Numbered from the stretch's first letter, positions 1 through 12,098 are shown. The stretch: DNA of 63,938 bases from Octopus bimaculoides (GCF_001194135.2 NC_068997.1:36671815-36735752), one strand, 5' to 3'. The notes: generated from the sequence alone by a model not told the origin. Numbers and translations are program-made.

Positions 1-28
<28 letters not shown>

Positions 29-32
<4 letters not shown>

Positions 33-813
33 ATATTCCTCAGGTTAGGATACACCTTATTCATTAGTTCCTTTAAATCAGATACCATGTATCCAAAAGG
101 CAAGCTTACCCGGCCATCCTTCTCGTCATCTGAAGTGCCATTACCAGCGTCCAACAGTTGCTTTGAAAAGGTTCTGTCCACATCATAACCACTGAGCTGC
201 ACTCTCATTTTGGTTGTGAGACTTAGCTTTATGCTGGCTTTTACTTCATCAGCTCTTGTCCCCTTTAGAACCATGGGAAGAGTTTGTCTAAAGAGTCCTG
301 CAAGCAAAACTGTGGCACCTTCTATGAGCTTGGTGTTGTATCTCAGATCCTGAAGGGCCAAGTCAAGAGCTTCAAAGGAAACCTTATGGCTCAATTGTCG
401 CTTCATCCCAGATGATCAACCTGCAGAAGTTTGCTTTTATAGAACCACAACTGATGTTGCAGTTTGCCTTCTCTTTCTTGGACAGGTCCAAAGGGAGTTT
501 GAAACAGGAATGAGCTGTGTGGCCACCACTTAGCAAAAGTTGCAGCTATTCCACTTGACGCCACTGCTATGGCAATGTGTTTTGTTTGGTGCAGTTTAAC
601 CAGAAGAAGGTTGATGACAAATGTTTTGCCATTTCCACCTGGAGCAACCAGAAAGAAAAGACCTCCTCTTTCATTTTCAATGCTTGAAATAATGGTGTTA
701 TAAACACCCAGTTGGTCCTCCAGCAGTTTGTGTTTTTTATCAGCTACATACGCCATCATTTCCTCAATGTCATTACAATTATACATAATATGATCAATAA
801 GGTAGCACATCAT
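29..813 (-). mobile_element. Helitron RepHel helicase (PIF1-like) fragment, degenerate
   Basis: ORF 403..813 has FFLVAPGGNGKTF (Walker A) and AVASSGIAAT. Downstream frames read EALDLALQDLR, LLAGLFRQTLPMV (GDFRQ-like) and KVYPNL. Confidence 0.85.
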
Positions 814-1059
814 AGAAAGGAAAAAATAGCGTAATCACCAAAAATATGATGAAGTCAGATTAACTAGGCAGGAGTTATCATGGGATAGTTATTACATAGC
901 ACATCACCTACCATAACATATAATTTATAACATATGCAATGCAATTTAATTCACCATATAATATAATATCCCATGATTTTATTATATTTAATGTTAGAGA
1001 GTAAGTTTATAACAGATATGACACTAAAATTAATTTCCACCCTCAAAGTCCAAGTATGG

Positions 1060-1531
1060 CATCTATTTCAAAAATACTTAAATGTACAGGTAATCCTGTG
1101 TTCGTATGATACCCTTAGGTCTAATCTATTATTAATCAGGTTGTTCTTGTCCCTATACTTAAAAATATCATAAGTTTCTATAGAGCACAGCTCACACCTG
1201 TATCAACTATCTCTATAAGGCTGTGCTTCCTGTAGTAAATCCCATTTAAGGCTAAATTCGATCCAACTTTCCTTCAGTTCCCAAATCTTGCTTGATAAGG
1301 ATGTACAATTGGCTTTCTGTTTGAGTCTAAAAGATGAAAAATGGTTATTGATACGTTTTCTTCGTATTTATCGAATATCCTATATATATAAAGTTACCAG
1401 CCTCAGTTATGATTGTACATTTATAAATTATGTTTTGGATTAGACATCAGCCTAATAACGGACAGTGAGATTTAACGCTACAATTGCAACCAGGAGCATT
1501 ACTACTATTAATATTATTGATATTCCTATCA

Positions 1532-1562
<31 letters not shown>

Positions 1563-2100
1563 CATTATTATTATTATCATTCCTACTACTACTATCATGT
1601 GTGTTATTTTTATTTCTGTTATTATTTATACTTCCTTCAACTGTAGTATCATTCAAATTCATCTCAGCATCAACAGGCATTGTGTTAGTAATCCCTGTGC
1701 TAGTATAAACCTGAGTCACAGTCTATATTGGACATATTAGATGTTAGTACTGTTGTTTCTAATTCCTACATCTCCATTGATATTATTCTCATTGTAGGAG
1801 TTTAAACTAGTGTTGGCAATAATATTATTATTAACTACGCTTGCCGATTTTATATTCTTTCTATTTAACCTGGCTATGAGATATATATAAAGATATATAT
1901 ATATATATCTGCCTAAACAATGGATTTACAAATACAATATCCCTACATTCACTCTCTATTTCCTATCTTAACTAAACTAACTATTGCTTAATCATCCTCT
2001 CACATTGTCTCCAATGAACGGATATAAATATCCTGGAAACAGCTGTAAGACATTCGATTTATAAATGTTCTATATTATACACAGCCTTGGTTTTTTTTTA
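1060..2100 (-). mobile_element. Penelope-like element 3' remnant: Asn-rich linker, Cys motif and GIY-YIG endonuclease
   Basis: Manual translation gives GCNCSVKSHCPLLG*CLIQNIIYKCTIITEAGNFIYIG, then after a frameshift RINNHFSSFR..TSLSSKIWELKE..KWDLL..YRCELCSIE. Upstream IVFVNPLF resembles the PLE IIWFNPPF motif. Confidence 0.75.
1500..1630. repeat. (ATT/ATC)n trinucleotide tract
   Basis: Direct reading of the sequence. Confidence 0.95.
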
Positions 2101-2130
2101 TCTCATTACGAAAAGTATATCCTATATATA

Positions 2131-2900
2131 TCATCGTCGTCGTTTAACGTCCGCTTTCCATGCTAGCATGGGTTGGACGATTTGACTGAGGACTGGTGAA
2201 ACCGGATGGCAACACCAGGCTCCAATCCAATTTGGCAGAGTTTCTACAGCTGGATGCCCTTCCTAACGCCAACCACTCAGAGNNNNNNNNNNNNNNNNNN
2301 NNNNNNNNNNNNNNNNNNNNNNNNNNNNNNNNNNNNNNNNNNNNNNNNNNNNNNNNNNNNNNNNNNNNNNNNNNNNNNNNNNNNNNNNNNNNNNNNNNNN
2401 NNNNNNNNNNNNNNNNNNNNNNNNNNNNNNNNNNNNNNNNNNNNNNNNNNNNNNNNNNNNNNNNNNNNNNNNNNNNNNNNNNNNNNNNNNNNNNNNNNNN
2501 NNNNNNNNNNNNNNNNNNNNNNNNNNNNNNNNNNNNNNNNNNNNNNNNNNNNNNNNNNNNNNNNNNNNNNNNNNNNNNNNNNNNNNNNNNNNNNNNNNNN
2601 NNNNNNNNNNNNNNNNNNNNNNNNNNNNNNNNNNNNNNNNNNNNNNNNNNNNNNNNNNNNNNNNNNNNNNNNNNNNNNNATTTCATGTGTCATCTGCACA
2701 ACAGCCAGCCCAGGGGCACAGGCAACGATCCCGTCCGAAAGATTCCATGTGTCGCCTGCACACGAGCCAGCCCAGGGGCACCGGCAACGATCTCACTCGA
2801 AAAACCTCATGTGTCACCCGCACAAGAGCCAGCCCAGGGGCACCGGCAACGATCTCACTCGAAAGATTTCATGTGTTGCCCGCACATGAGCCAGTCCAGG
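2131..2900 (-). mobile_element. RTE LINE 3' end with about 62-bp tandem repeats in the 3' UTR (contains a gap)
   Basis: Reverse complement of the tail ...ggaagggcatccagctgtagaaactctgcc...catgctagcatggaaagcggacgttaaacgacgacgatga. About 3.5 units of 62 bp at 2680-2900. Confidence 0.85.
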
Positions 2901-2902
2901 GG

Positions 2903-3120
2903 CTGTCGTATATTTGTGAGTGTCTGTGTTTGTACCCCCACAATCATTTGACAACCAATGTTGCTGTGCTTATGCCCCCATAACTTAGCTGTTTGAGAAA
3001 ACACACCAATAGAATAAGTACTAGGTTTACAAAGAATAAATCTTGAGGTTGATTTCTTTGACTAAAGGTGGTGCTCCAGCATGGCTGCAGTCACATTATT
3101 GAAACAAGTAAAACAATAAA
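2903..3120 (+). mobile_element. tRNA-derived SINE family A, 3' half
   Basis: Matches the 3' half of the complete copy at 20605-20995 (gaataagtactagg...ctccagcatgg...gaaacaagtaaaa). Confidence 0.8.
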
Positions 3121-3138
3121 AAACTATGCCATTTAAAT

Positions 3139-3167
3139 CCTGAGCAATGCCAGGTATCTCTGCTAGT
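3139..3167 (+). mobile_element. Helitron-like 3' terminus (short hairpin plus CTAG-T)
   Basis: cctg agcaatgc cagg hairpin followed by tatctctgCTAGt. Confidence 0.4.
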
Positions 3168-3178
3168 ACCCTATGGAG

Positions 3179-3386
3179 CAGGGGTCAGTGAACAGAGTTA
3201 AAAATTAAATTCTTGGGAGTAATTGAGGATTCATAAGACATAAGTAAAATTATATAAAATGTGTTCCTTCAATAAACCTTTTGAATTCAAAGAATCTATG
3301 ATTTTCTTCCTTTCAAATCAAGGGGTAATGTTGGCATAAATAAATATATTTTGGGGTAATTGGTTAAAAAAGTACCCCAACCCCTG
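3179..3386. mobile_element. hAT-type MITE, 208 bp
   Basis: TIRs caggggtcagtgaac / gtaccccaacccctg. 8-bp TSD ctatggag (3171-3178) / ctatagag (3387-3394). Confidence 0.75.
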
Positions 3387-3399
3387 CTATAGAGAGGAC

Positions 3400-4215
3400 T
3401 GAAAAACAGATGAGACTGAAAGGCCTAGACTTTGTTGATGACATTGCCTTACTGAAGATAATGAAAACCTAAAATAGTTCACATCATAGTTAAAACAGAA
3501 TGCTAGAAAGACTGGTCTGCGAATCAGTAGAGAGAAGAGCAAAACAATGAAAATCAACTGTCAGACAACAATGATCATAAAGATCAATCAGCAAAATATT
3601 GAGACCATAGGCAGATTCACCTACTTGGGCGTGTCATCAGTAACATTGAGACTGACATCAAACATGGAACTGGCAAAGCTGTGGTCCTATTCCAGAAAAA
3701 TATATACTATCTGGTCCTCCAACACTGTCAGCATACACACAAAGATCTGACTCTATAATAGCATAATTTTACCAACAGTCCTCTATGCTATTGAGACATG
3801 GAAGAGCACTGTGAAAATCAGCAGAAAGCTAGATGTGTTCCACCAAAGTTGCTTGAGAAGGATTCTGAGAATGTATTGGAAAGACTATGCAACCAACAAT
3901 GATGTTCTAAAGAGAGCCAACATAAGATCACTTAGCTAAATCATCACAGAAACAAGATTAAAACTAGCAGGATACATACTTCAGTTACCAACAACAATGC
4001 CATTCTGAAACAGCTTTCAAATGTCCACTGAAAGGTAAAAAGAAAAAGAGAAAGACCAAAAAACTACATGGTGCAGAAAATTAATAACTGACATGAGAGA
4101 GGCCAATACCACATGTTTGAATGTGGAGGAAACCAGAGCAAATAAAAACCAGTGGCATCAACTTGCTGTGTACTTTATATGAGAGCCCATGAGGAATGGA
4201 TGGATGGAAAGATAC
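3400..4215 (+). mobile_element. RTE-clade LINE, RT C-terminal fragment
   Basis: LDFVDDIALL, FTYLG, LYNSIILPTVLYAIETW, LDVFHQSCLRRILRMYW; multiple stops. Confidence 0.8.
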
Positions 4216-4235
4216 ATACATACAATAAAATAGCT

Positions 4236-4460
4236 ATCATTATCATCATTTTATGGTCCACTTTTCCATGCTTGCATAGGTTGAATAGATTTATGGCCAG
4301 ATACCCTCCCTGTTGCCAACCCTCACCTGTTTCCAAGCTAAGTAATACTTCTCCACGGACAGGCATGTTCTCGCAGAATATTAGAAATTAATGACACTAC
4401 TTGTATAACAGTGACACTCATTTTACAACTGTCACATGATATCAAGACAAGGAGACACTA
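4236..4460 (-). mobile_element. RTE-type 3' tail fragment
   Basis: Reverse complement ends ...catggaaaagtggacc...atgatgata, like other RTE tails in the window. Confidence 0.6.
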
Positions 4461-4571
4461 ACACATACACAAACATTGGATTTAACAGTGTTGTACCTGA
4501 ATTTTGTATGCCAGCAAAATTCTGATCTTCCTTAAGACTTCAATGCATGAAGAGGCATCATAATCACCAGA

Positions 4572-4714
4572 TGGCAATTATGAAGAATGCCACTTGGGAA
4601 GGGGAGGTAATCTCAAGATTCAAGAGTTCTTTTCCTTAATTGCTTGTCAGTTTTGGAGTATTCTTGAATCTTCAGATTATCTCCCCTCCTCAAGTGAAGC
4701 TGATATAATTGCCA
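4572..4714. repeat. Long imperfect palindrome (foldback), about 60-bp arms
   Basis: Left arm tggcaattat..cacttgggaaggggaggtaatctcaagattcaagag; right arm ctt gaatcttcagattatctcccctcctcaagtg..ataattgcca. Confidence 0.8.
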
Positions 4715-4876
4715 TTTAGTAATGATGATAAATCCCCTCAAAACAATTTTAATAAATTAAGAAATGTTATTTAACATACTGGTATTTGTCTATGTTATTG
4801 CCAGTTATAACTGGCATGTATAAATACATGCCAGTTATTTTTCTTAGCTCATTTTTGTTTAAATTATGCAAATTAC

Positions 4877-4931
4877 CAAATCCATAACTGTTTTGTATTT
4901 TGGCTCCTGGACATAAGTTTGGACAATTGTG
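4877..4931 (-). CDS. Internal coding exon (55 nt) of an unidentified host gene: (S)TIVQTYVQEPKYKTVMDL
   Basis: Strong acceptor tttccttttattccactgcatcag| and donor |gtaatt. Open frame, phase-compatible with exon 9362..9492. Confidence 0.65.
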
Positions 4932-5040
4932 CTGATGCAGTGGAATAAAAGGAAAGTTAACAGAGAAAGTAGTGTTAGTATGTAGGGCATGCACAGGAGC
5001 CATAAAGACTAATGATACACATGAAAATGATTCTCTCAAA

Positions 5041-5420
5041 TGCTATGGAGGTTCCTTAGAGCCTGAAGAGAGTTTGTTATCTAGATGACTTAATCAGCAG
5101 TGGAGGAGGATGTTCTGAAAATATAGTTGCTTGAAAAGAAAAGAATTGAGAAAGTTCAGAGAACTATTACCTCTGTTGGCAATAAAATTTCTCTCTCAAA
5201 ATGAAAGGCAGACTGTTTGATGCTAGTGTATAAACAGCTATGCTATACTGTAGTGAGACATGAGACCTGAATGTAGAGGACATGTAAAGACTAGACAGAA
5301 ATGAAGCTAGTATGCTCTGTTGGATGTGCTAGTGCTCATGAGAGAAGACTGTGGTGTGTATGGATGAGGACAGCTGTATAAAGAAGAGACGATTGTTTAA
5401 AATGGACAGAATTCGTGGAA
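5041..5420 (+). mobile_element. RTE LINE fragment (post-RT region), degenerate
   Basis: aaaggcagactgt..gatgc..acagctatgcta..gtagtgagacatg matches the RTE copy at 27230-27480. Confidence 0.7.
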
Positions 5421-5822
5421 GAGAGAGACCAAATCTTGTGTATGCAGAATCCTGCCCACCTCCTCTCTCTCTTTGTTTTCTCAAACATTCTCCCATATCT
5501 CATCCCCTAACACCCATCACTCCCTCATCTATGATAATTCTGAGCTGCTGTAATCATCTGAAAGCAAGCAGAATCAACAACTACAACATCCTCTCCCTTC
5601 TGACCATCTAGCCTCCTCCTCCTCCTCACCCTTGTGAAACTATTTCCATTCCTTATTATCATTTCTGCCTATTTCCATCAATCACTTTCTTTCTGTGTCT
5701 CCACCCATTGCTCTCTTTCCTCTGTCATACACCATTTTAACACCTATCTTACCAGCTATCATTCTTATTTCTTTATTGCCCTCAAGGGGCTAAACATAGA
5801 AAGGACAAACAATGACAGACAA

Positions 5823-5998
5823 AGGGATTAAGTCGATTACATCGACTCCAGTGCGTAACTGGTACTTAATTTATCGACCCCGAAAGGATGAAAGGCAAAG
5901 TCAACCTCGGCGGAATTTGAACTCAGAACGTAGCGGCAGATGAAATACCGCTAAGCATTTCACCCGGCGTGCTAAAGTTTCTGCCAGCTCGCCGCCTT
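5823..5998 (-). mobile_element. tRNA-derived SINE family B, near full length
   Basis: A-box-like TGGCAGAAACTTTAG and B-box GAGTTCAAATTCC. Central gcctttcatcctttcggggtcgataaattaagtaccag resembles the Meta-type SINE domain (from memory, unverified). Confidence 0.85.
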
Positions 5999-6599
5999 AT
6001 CATTCTTACTAGCAATCATTCTTAATGCCCTCTATCATCCTTATTAAAGCCCTTTATGCACCTCTATATCTCCCTCCCCACTGTGCCTACACCTTGCAAC
6101 ATCATTCTGTTACTTTTTAATCTATTCACTTACCCGAGTCACTCTGATATCTCTCACCTTACCCTTCGCCTTACTGTTATTTCTGATCAACTGCACCTCC
6201 ACCATTGTTCATCTCTTGCTACATTCATCTCTAGTCCTTCTCTAATCCTCTATTACTTTCCCCTCACACTGTTATGAAACTTCTCCCTCTCCCACTTTGA
6301 TCCACAGTTTGCATCCTCTCTTATCCTGACATTCTTGTATCTTGAGATGTTCTGGTATCCTATCACTACTATCTCTATCTTCTTCCCAGCAACTCCCACC
6401 AACCCTTATATAATGCAGGGTAGCATTGTATCTCCTCAATAGTAAGACACTTGGTCTTGTCTCTCCATCACACTTTTGCCTCTCAACACTTGGCTTAGAA
6501 CCATCACCCTCTCTTCTTCATCTCAAATACCTATTCCCCTATTTAATCAAGGTTACTTTTCCTTTTTCCATCCTTTTCTTTCTTCCTGTTTGTTTTTTG

Positions 6600-6808
6600 C
6601 TTAGTGAGTTATTTGGCAACTCACAGCAGCATGAAAAATGCACCCAATGCACTCGGTAGAGTGGTTGATGTTAAGGAAGACATACAGCTGTAGAAATCAT
6701 GCTAAAGCTGACATTGGAGCTCAACACAGCCCTGTGGCTTGCTGGATTCTGTCAAACCATACAACCCAATCCAGCATGGAAAATGGATGTTAAATGATGA
6801 TGATGAAT
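6600..6808 (+). mobile_element. RTE 3' tail fragment
   Basis: gtggttgatgttaaggaagacatacagctgtagaaa...catggaaaatggatgttaaatgatgatgatga. Confidence 0.7.
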
Positions 6809-6823
6809 GAGATTATATAAATA

Positions 6824-7715
6824 CAGGGGTTGGACAAAATAATGAAAACACCTAGTATCATAATTTTGAAATATCTATAAAACCGTCAAAAGCTTGTTTA
6901 TTTTTATGTTTTTTGATTTATTATTAGTGTTGCTTAATATGTTTTGCTAAAATTACTGTTTCCTTTCAGATATCATTTCAGAAAAAGGTAATTAAAATTC
7001 ATTAAAATGATAGATCTATCGGACTTTCAAAGAGGTCACATTGTTGGTGCTCGTATGGCAGGCGCTAGTGTAACGAAAACAGCCGCAATGTTTGGTGTAT
7101 TAAGAAGTACTGTCTCGAAAGTAATGACAGCCCTTGAGAAAGAGGGAAAAACCTCCTTGTTGAAACAAAACTCCGGAAGAAAACCAAAACTTCCAGGTAG
7201 GGACCATTGGACTCTTACGCAAATTGTTAGAAAGGATCACAAAAGTACAGCTACCAAAATTACTGCAGAGCGAGCAGTGGAAGAATGTTATTTTCTCAGA
7301 TGAGTCATCCTTTACCTTATTTCCGACCACTGGCTGAGTATACGTGTGAAGACAGCCAAAAGAAGCATTTGACCCAGACTGCCTTCTTCCAACTATTAAT
7401 CATGGAGGAGGATCTGTGATGATTTGGAGGGGCTATATCTTGGAAATCTGCTGACCCAATAGTTTTCCTTCATGGCAGAACTAATAGTCAAGACTATTTA
7501 AGCATTTTATCTGACCAAATTCATCCTATGGTTGCGGAACTGTTTCCGGAGGGAAACGTAATCTTTTAGGATGATAATGCACCAATTCACACAGCTAAAG
7601 TTGTTACTGAATGGCACGAGGAACATTCGAGTGAAATTGAACATCTTATCTGGCCACCACAGTCCCCAGATCTCAATATTATTGAACATTTATGGTGCAT
7701 TTTAGAAAAAGAAGT
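6824..7715 (+). mobile_element. Tc1-like DNA transposon (DD34E), internally deleted, 3' end in gap
   Basis: TA followed by TIR caggggttggacaaaataatgaaaacacc. HTH region MIDLSDFQRGHIVG; catalytic motifs FSDES, *DDNAPIH, WPPQSPDLNIIEHLW. Confidence 0.9.
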
Positions 7716-8211
7716 ANNNNNNNNNNNNNNNNNNNNNNNNNNNNNNNNNNNNNNNNNNNNNNNNNNNNNNNNNNNNNNNNNNNNNNNNNNNNNNNNNNNN
7801 NNNNNNNNNNNNNNNNNNNNNNNNNNNNNNNNNNNNNNNNNNNNNNNNNNNNNNNNNNNNNNNNNNNNNNNNNNNNNNNNNNNNNNNNNNNNNNNNNNNN
7901 NNNNNNNNNNNNNNNNNNNNNNNNNNNNNNNNNNNNNNNNNNNNNNNNNNNNNNNNNNNNNNNNNNNNNNNNNNNNNNNNNNNNNNNNNNNNNNNNNNNN
8001 NNNNNNNNNNNNNNNNNNNNNNNNNNNNNNNNNNNNNNNNNNNNNNNNNNNNNNNNNNNNNNNNNNNNNNNNNNNNNNNNNNNNNNNNNNNNNNNNNNNN
8101 NNNNNNNNNNNNNNNNNNNNNNNNNNNNNNNNNNNNNNNNNNNNNNNNNNNNNNNNNNNNNNNNNNNNNNNNNNNNNNNNNNNNNNNNNNNNNNNNNNNN
8201 NNNNNNNNNNN

Positions 8212-8244
<33 letters not shown>

Positions 8245-8246
<2 letters not shown>

Positions 8247-9051
8247 AGTATACCAGGCTGATCACAACATGGCAAAATCTGATAATGTCTAAGATAGATC
8301 AAGCTGGTTTTCTGGATGTTAAATGATGATGATGAATGAGATAGATAAAAGCATACCAGGCTGATCGCATCATGGGAAAATCTGATATTGTCTTAGGCAG
8401 ATCAAGCAGGTTTTCTTGAATGTTTCCAAACCAAGGATGAGTGTTGGTTTCACCACTTTAGCCAGAGATAAAGAGACAATCTATGCAGTAATAACACCCC
8501 TCTATACCTGCTTCAAAGAAGGCCAAGGTCATTTCCTCTGCAGGAAAGGCAATGGCCTCAGTTTTTTGGGGGATACAAAAGGCATTGTGTTTATTGACTA
8601 TCTTCAAAAGGGATACACAATCAATGGACTGTAGTATACCAACTGGCTGAGGTGTTTACGAAAGACTATCAAGACCAAAAAAACCCAAGAAAACTGACGA
8701 ATGGGGTTTGCTTCATCAGGACAATGCTCCAGCACACAAGTCCTTTGTTTCAATGATTGCTGTGGCTTTGAACTAGTTGATGAGTCTTCTTATTCTCCTG
8801 ATTTGGACCCATCTGACTATCATCTGTTCTTCAACATGAAAAAATACTTGGCTGGGAAGGAGTATCACAGTGAATATGATGTTATATCTGCTATTGGTGA
8901 GTTTTTTGATCACCAATGGGATCCAGGTACTGCAACACTGATGAAAGAAGTGTGTGGATCACAAAGTGGACTATATTGAAGAATAAACCTCATTTAGTCA
9001 CCTTCCATGAGAGTGTCTTGGTCAGCCTCTGAACTTTTCAGCCATCCCTTG
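8245..9051 (+). mobile_element. mariner (DD34D) transposon, 3' portion
   Basis: TKDECWFHH, IVFIDYLQKG, HQDNAPAH, YSPDLDPSDYHLF. Ends with TIR aacttttcagccatcccttg followed by TA. Confidence 0.85.
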
Positions 9052-9361
9052 TATATAAGTGTGTGTGTGCGTGTGTGTGTACATTTGTAGAAAGTAGATA
9101 CATATTAACATCTCAACTCATCTAAATACAAGGTATTTTCCAATGAAAATAATCATGTTTGATATTCATCACATTGTACTGGTTTCATCATTTTGAGTGA
9201 GAAGCTTGTGGATTGTATAGTCATTCATAAATGTGTTTATACACATACTTGCATGTCAATAGACAGCCCTAAGTATGTGTGTATATATAGCTATAAACAC
9301 ACATACATTTATTTATCATGCATAGATGTATAAGAATATAGAAGAGTATAAGGTCACTTAC

Positions 9362-9492
9362 CTACAGATCTGTAACCCATCATGGCTATTCTTCTCTGCC
9401 TTGGTGGCATCTTTCACCCGTAATACACTGTAAATCCTTCCGTCACTATAAGTCTCCTTGGCAGATGGTAAGTAACGAAGAAAATGGCAAGC
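9362..9492 (-). CDS. Internal coding exon (131 nt) of an unidentified host gene: ACHFLRYLPSAKETYSDGRIYSVLRVKDATKAEKNSHDGLQIC
   Basis: Acceptor tctcttttaaactgtgcag| and consensus donor AG|GTAAGT. Open in phase 0, ends in phase 2, no TE similarity seen. Confidence 0.75.
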
Positions 9493-9649
9493 CTGCACAG
9501 TTTAAAAGAGACTCCTTTTTAATATTAAACTTTAGTATTTGATCATTTGCATTTTAATGTTCTATAAAGTTACACTTACAAATAAATGGTACATTCTAAT
9601 ATTTATATGCATACATGAATATAAAAAAATATATATTAAGTCAGTGTAT

Positions 9650-9820
9650 ACACACACACTATATATATATATATATATATATATACATACATATATATAC
9701 ATATATATATACATACATATATATATACATATATATACATACATATATACATATATATACATACATATATATACATATATATACATACATATATATATAT
9801 ATATACAAATATATATATTT
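9650..9820. repeat. (TA)n/(TATACA)n microsatellite
   Basis: Direct reading; explains the IYIY ORFs. Confidence 0.95.
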
Positions 9821-9849
9821 CGCATGTGTATTTCGTGTGCAAGATTCTT

Positions 9850-10651
9850 GATGTGGATACATGTGTTGAAAAAAATACAGTTAAACCTTGGGAGAGGCAT
9901 TATGCCGGTAATAAACACATGCACTGGTTCAGTCCTTTATTAATTTATAAACAGTATTTAGTTTTTTTGTTAAATAATTTCATTGCACTCTTGCAATCTC
10001 TTCAGTAACTTGTCTCTCCACTTCCATTTATTTTGAATGTATGATTTGGCGTTGTTTTGAAACTGTTCGGTATGAGCATGTGAGTGTGTGCAAGCTCGTA
10101 TGTGTGCACGCTCGTATGTGTACACGCACTTATGTGTTCGTGCTTATATGTAAGCATGTGCATCCATATGTGTGTTTGTAACAATTTCGTTCATATTAGA
10201 TAAGATAGAGACTTTGGACTTCGTTTTGGTTTCTTTTCTGTTATTTTCTGTTTTCTTTGTAAATGTATCTTTTTTATTTACGTTCACGTTCTGTATTTTG
10301 TGTGTGAACAACATATGCAACCATGGGTAATTGTCAGGCTTTTTTCTACGTGTACTTGCTATTCAAAATTGGTCGTGTTTCAGTTATGAAGACTGACTCT
10401 TGTATTTGCCGTAACGATGCGTCACCGGGGTGTCTAGACAGGATTTCTATGCTAATTCGGTCCAGTACACCACCATGTTGTTCTTTGGCATGCTGGTATA
10501 GCACCGAGGTTTGTTTGTGATTCTTATAGTCCCTCCAATGTTCATTTACACACTCAGCCAAACTTCTCGCCGTTTCACCTATGTATGCCGTGTTTCCGTT
10601 TTTACAATCACCATCCATACAGCTTATTTTGTAGACCACATTTCTGGCTTT
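9850..10651 (-). mobile_element. Penelope-like element 3' end (GIY-YIG and 3' UTR)
   Basis: VYKISCMDGDCKNGNTAYIGETARSLAECVNEH. Confidence 0.85.
9969..10009 (-). ncRNA. Minimal type I hammerhead motif, probably degenerate, downstream of a PLE
   Basis: RC: GTTA-CTGAAGA-G ATTGC aagagt GCAAT-GAAA-ttatt-TAAC. Stem I and core present; C11.1 missing. Confidence 0.5.
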
Positions 10652-12098
10652 NNNNNNNNNNNNNNNNNNNNNNNNNNNNNNNNNNNNNNNNNNNNNNNNN
10701 NNNNNNNNNNNNNNNNNNNNNNNNNNNNNNNNNNNNNNNNNNNNNNNNNNNNNNNNNNNNNNNNNNNNNNNNNNNNNNNNNNNNNNNNNNNNNNNNNNNN
10801 NNNNNNNNNNNNNNNNNNNNNNNNNNNNNNNNNNNNNNNNNNNNNNNNNNNNNNNNNNNNNNNNNNNNNNNNNNNNNNNNNNNNNNNNNNNNNNNNNNNN
10901 NNNNNNNNNNNNNNNNNNNNNNNNNNNNNNNNNNNNNNNNNNNNNNNNNNNNNNNNNNNNNNNNNNNNNNNNNNNNNNNNNNNNNNNNNNNNNNNNNNNN
11001 NNNNNNNNNNNNNNNNNNNNNNNNNNNNNNNNNNNNNNNNNNNNNNNNNNNNNNNNNNNNNNNNNNNNNNNNNNNNNNNNNNNNNNNNNNNNNNNNNNNN
11101 NNNNNNNNNNNNNNNNNNNNNNNNNNNNNNNNNNNNNNNNNNNNNNNNNNNNNNNNNNNNNNNNNNNNNNNNNNNNNNNNNNNNNNNNNNNNNNNNNNNN
11201 NNNNNNNNNNNNNNNNNNNNNNNNNNNNNNNNNNNNNNNNNNNNNNNNNNNNNNNNNNNNNNNNNNNNNNNNNNNNNNNNNNNNNNNNNNNNNNNNNNNN
11301 NNNNNNNNNNNNNNNNNNNNNNNNNNNNNNNNNNNNNNNNNNNNNNNNNNNNNNNNNNNNNNNNNNNNNNNNNNNNNNNNNNNNNNNNNNNNNNNNNNNN
11401 CACAGTGTCATTTTTTCTGTCAAAATATCTCACAATTACGAATAAAATCCATAAAACTACAGAAATTAACATTTTTCCTTCTAATAAAATCTAATTTCCT
11501 CTTTCTAATACTTTTACAAATCCTTTCAACTCCTACTTTCTCTTATGAACCTTTACGAACGATCCAACAACAAATACAAAAAGAAAGGAAGGAGAAACAC
11601 TGACAGTAAAAGAAACAGACACAATACAAATCCTACGTAAATACACACAAATACATACACATGCATACTTTCCAACACAATTTCTCTGTACAAGTCACTT
11701 TCACATTGACAGTCAACCATTTCATTCAATACAAACTGTGTCCAACTTTACTTCATGAAATATTTGGATTTCATTTCGTAAATACCATCCTTTAAGTCAT
11801 ACACTCAGTTTCTCTCTCAAAATAACTCCCAATTACAAATAAAATCCATAAAAATACATGCATAACCATTTTCCCCTGTAACACAATATCATTTCCTCTT
11901 TCTATAACAACTTTCACCTTTATTTGGCACATGAAATGCCACCTATACACTTACATACAAATACACAGATACATGCAAATACCTGTCACTTATGTACCTA
12001 TGGTTAACAATGACCTCATTATCATTGGACGAATTCTAACTTCACTTCTCATTCCTAACCCTAACCCTTCACCAACATAACAACAACAACAACAACTA

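Noticed and set aside
5823-5998. tRNA-like A/B boxes (also 20605, 35997, 55689, 59108)
   Set aside because: No cloverleaf closure, and they continue into SINE bodies; not tRNA genes
12054-12068. cctaaccctaaccc telomere-like motif
   Set aside because: Only about two units; too short to be meaningful
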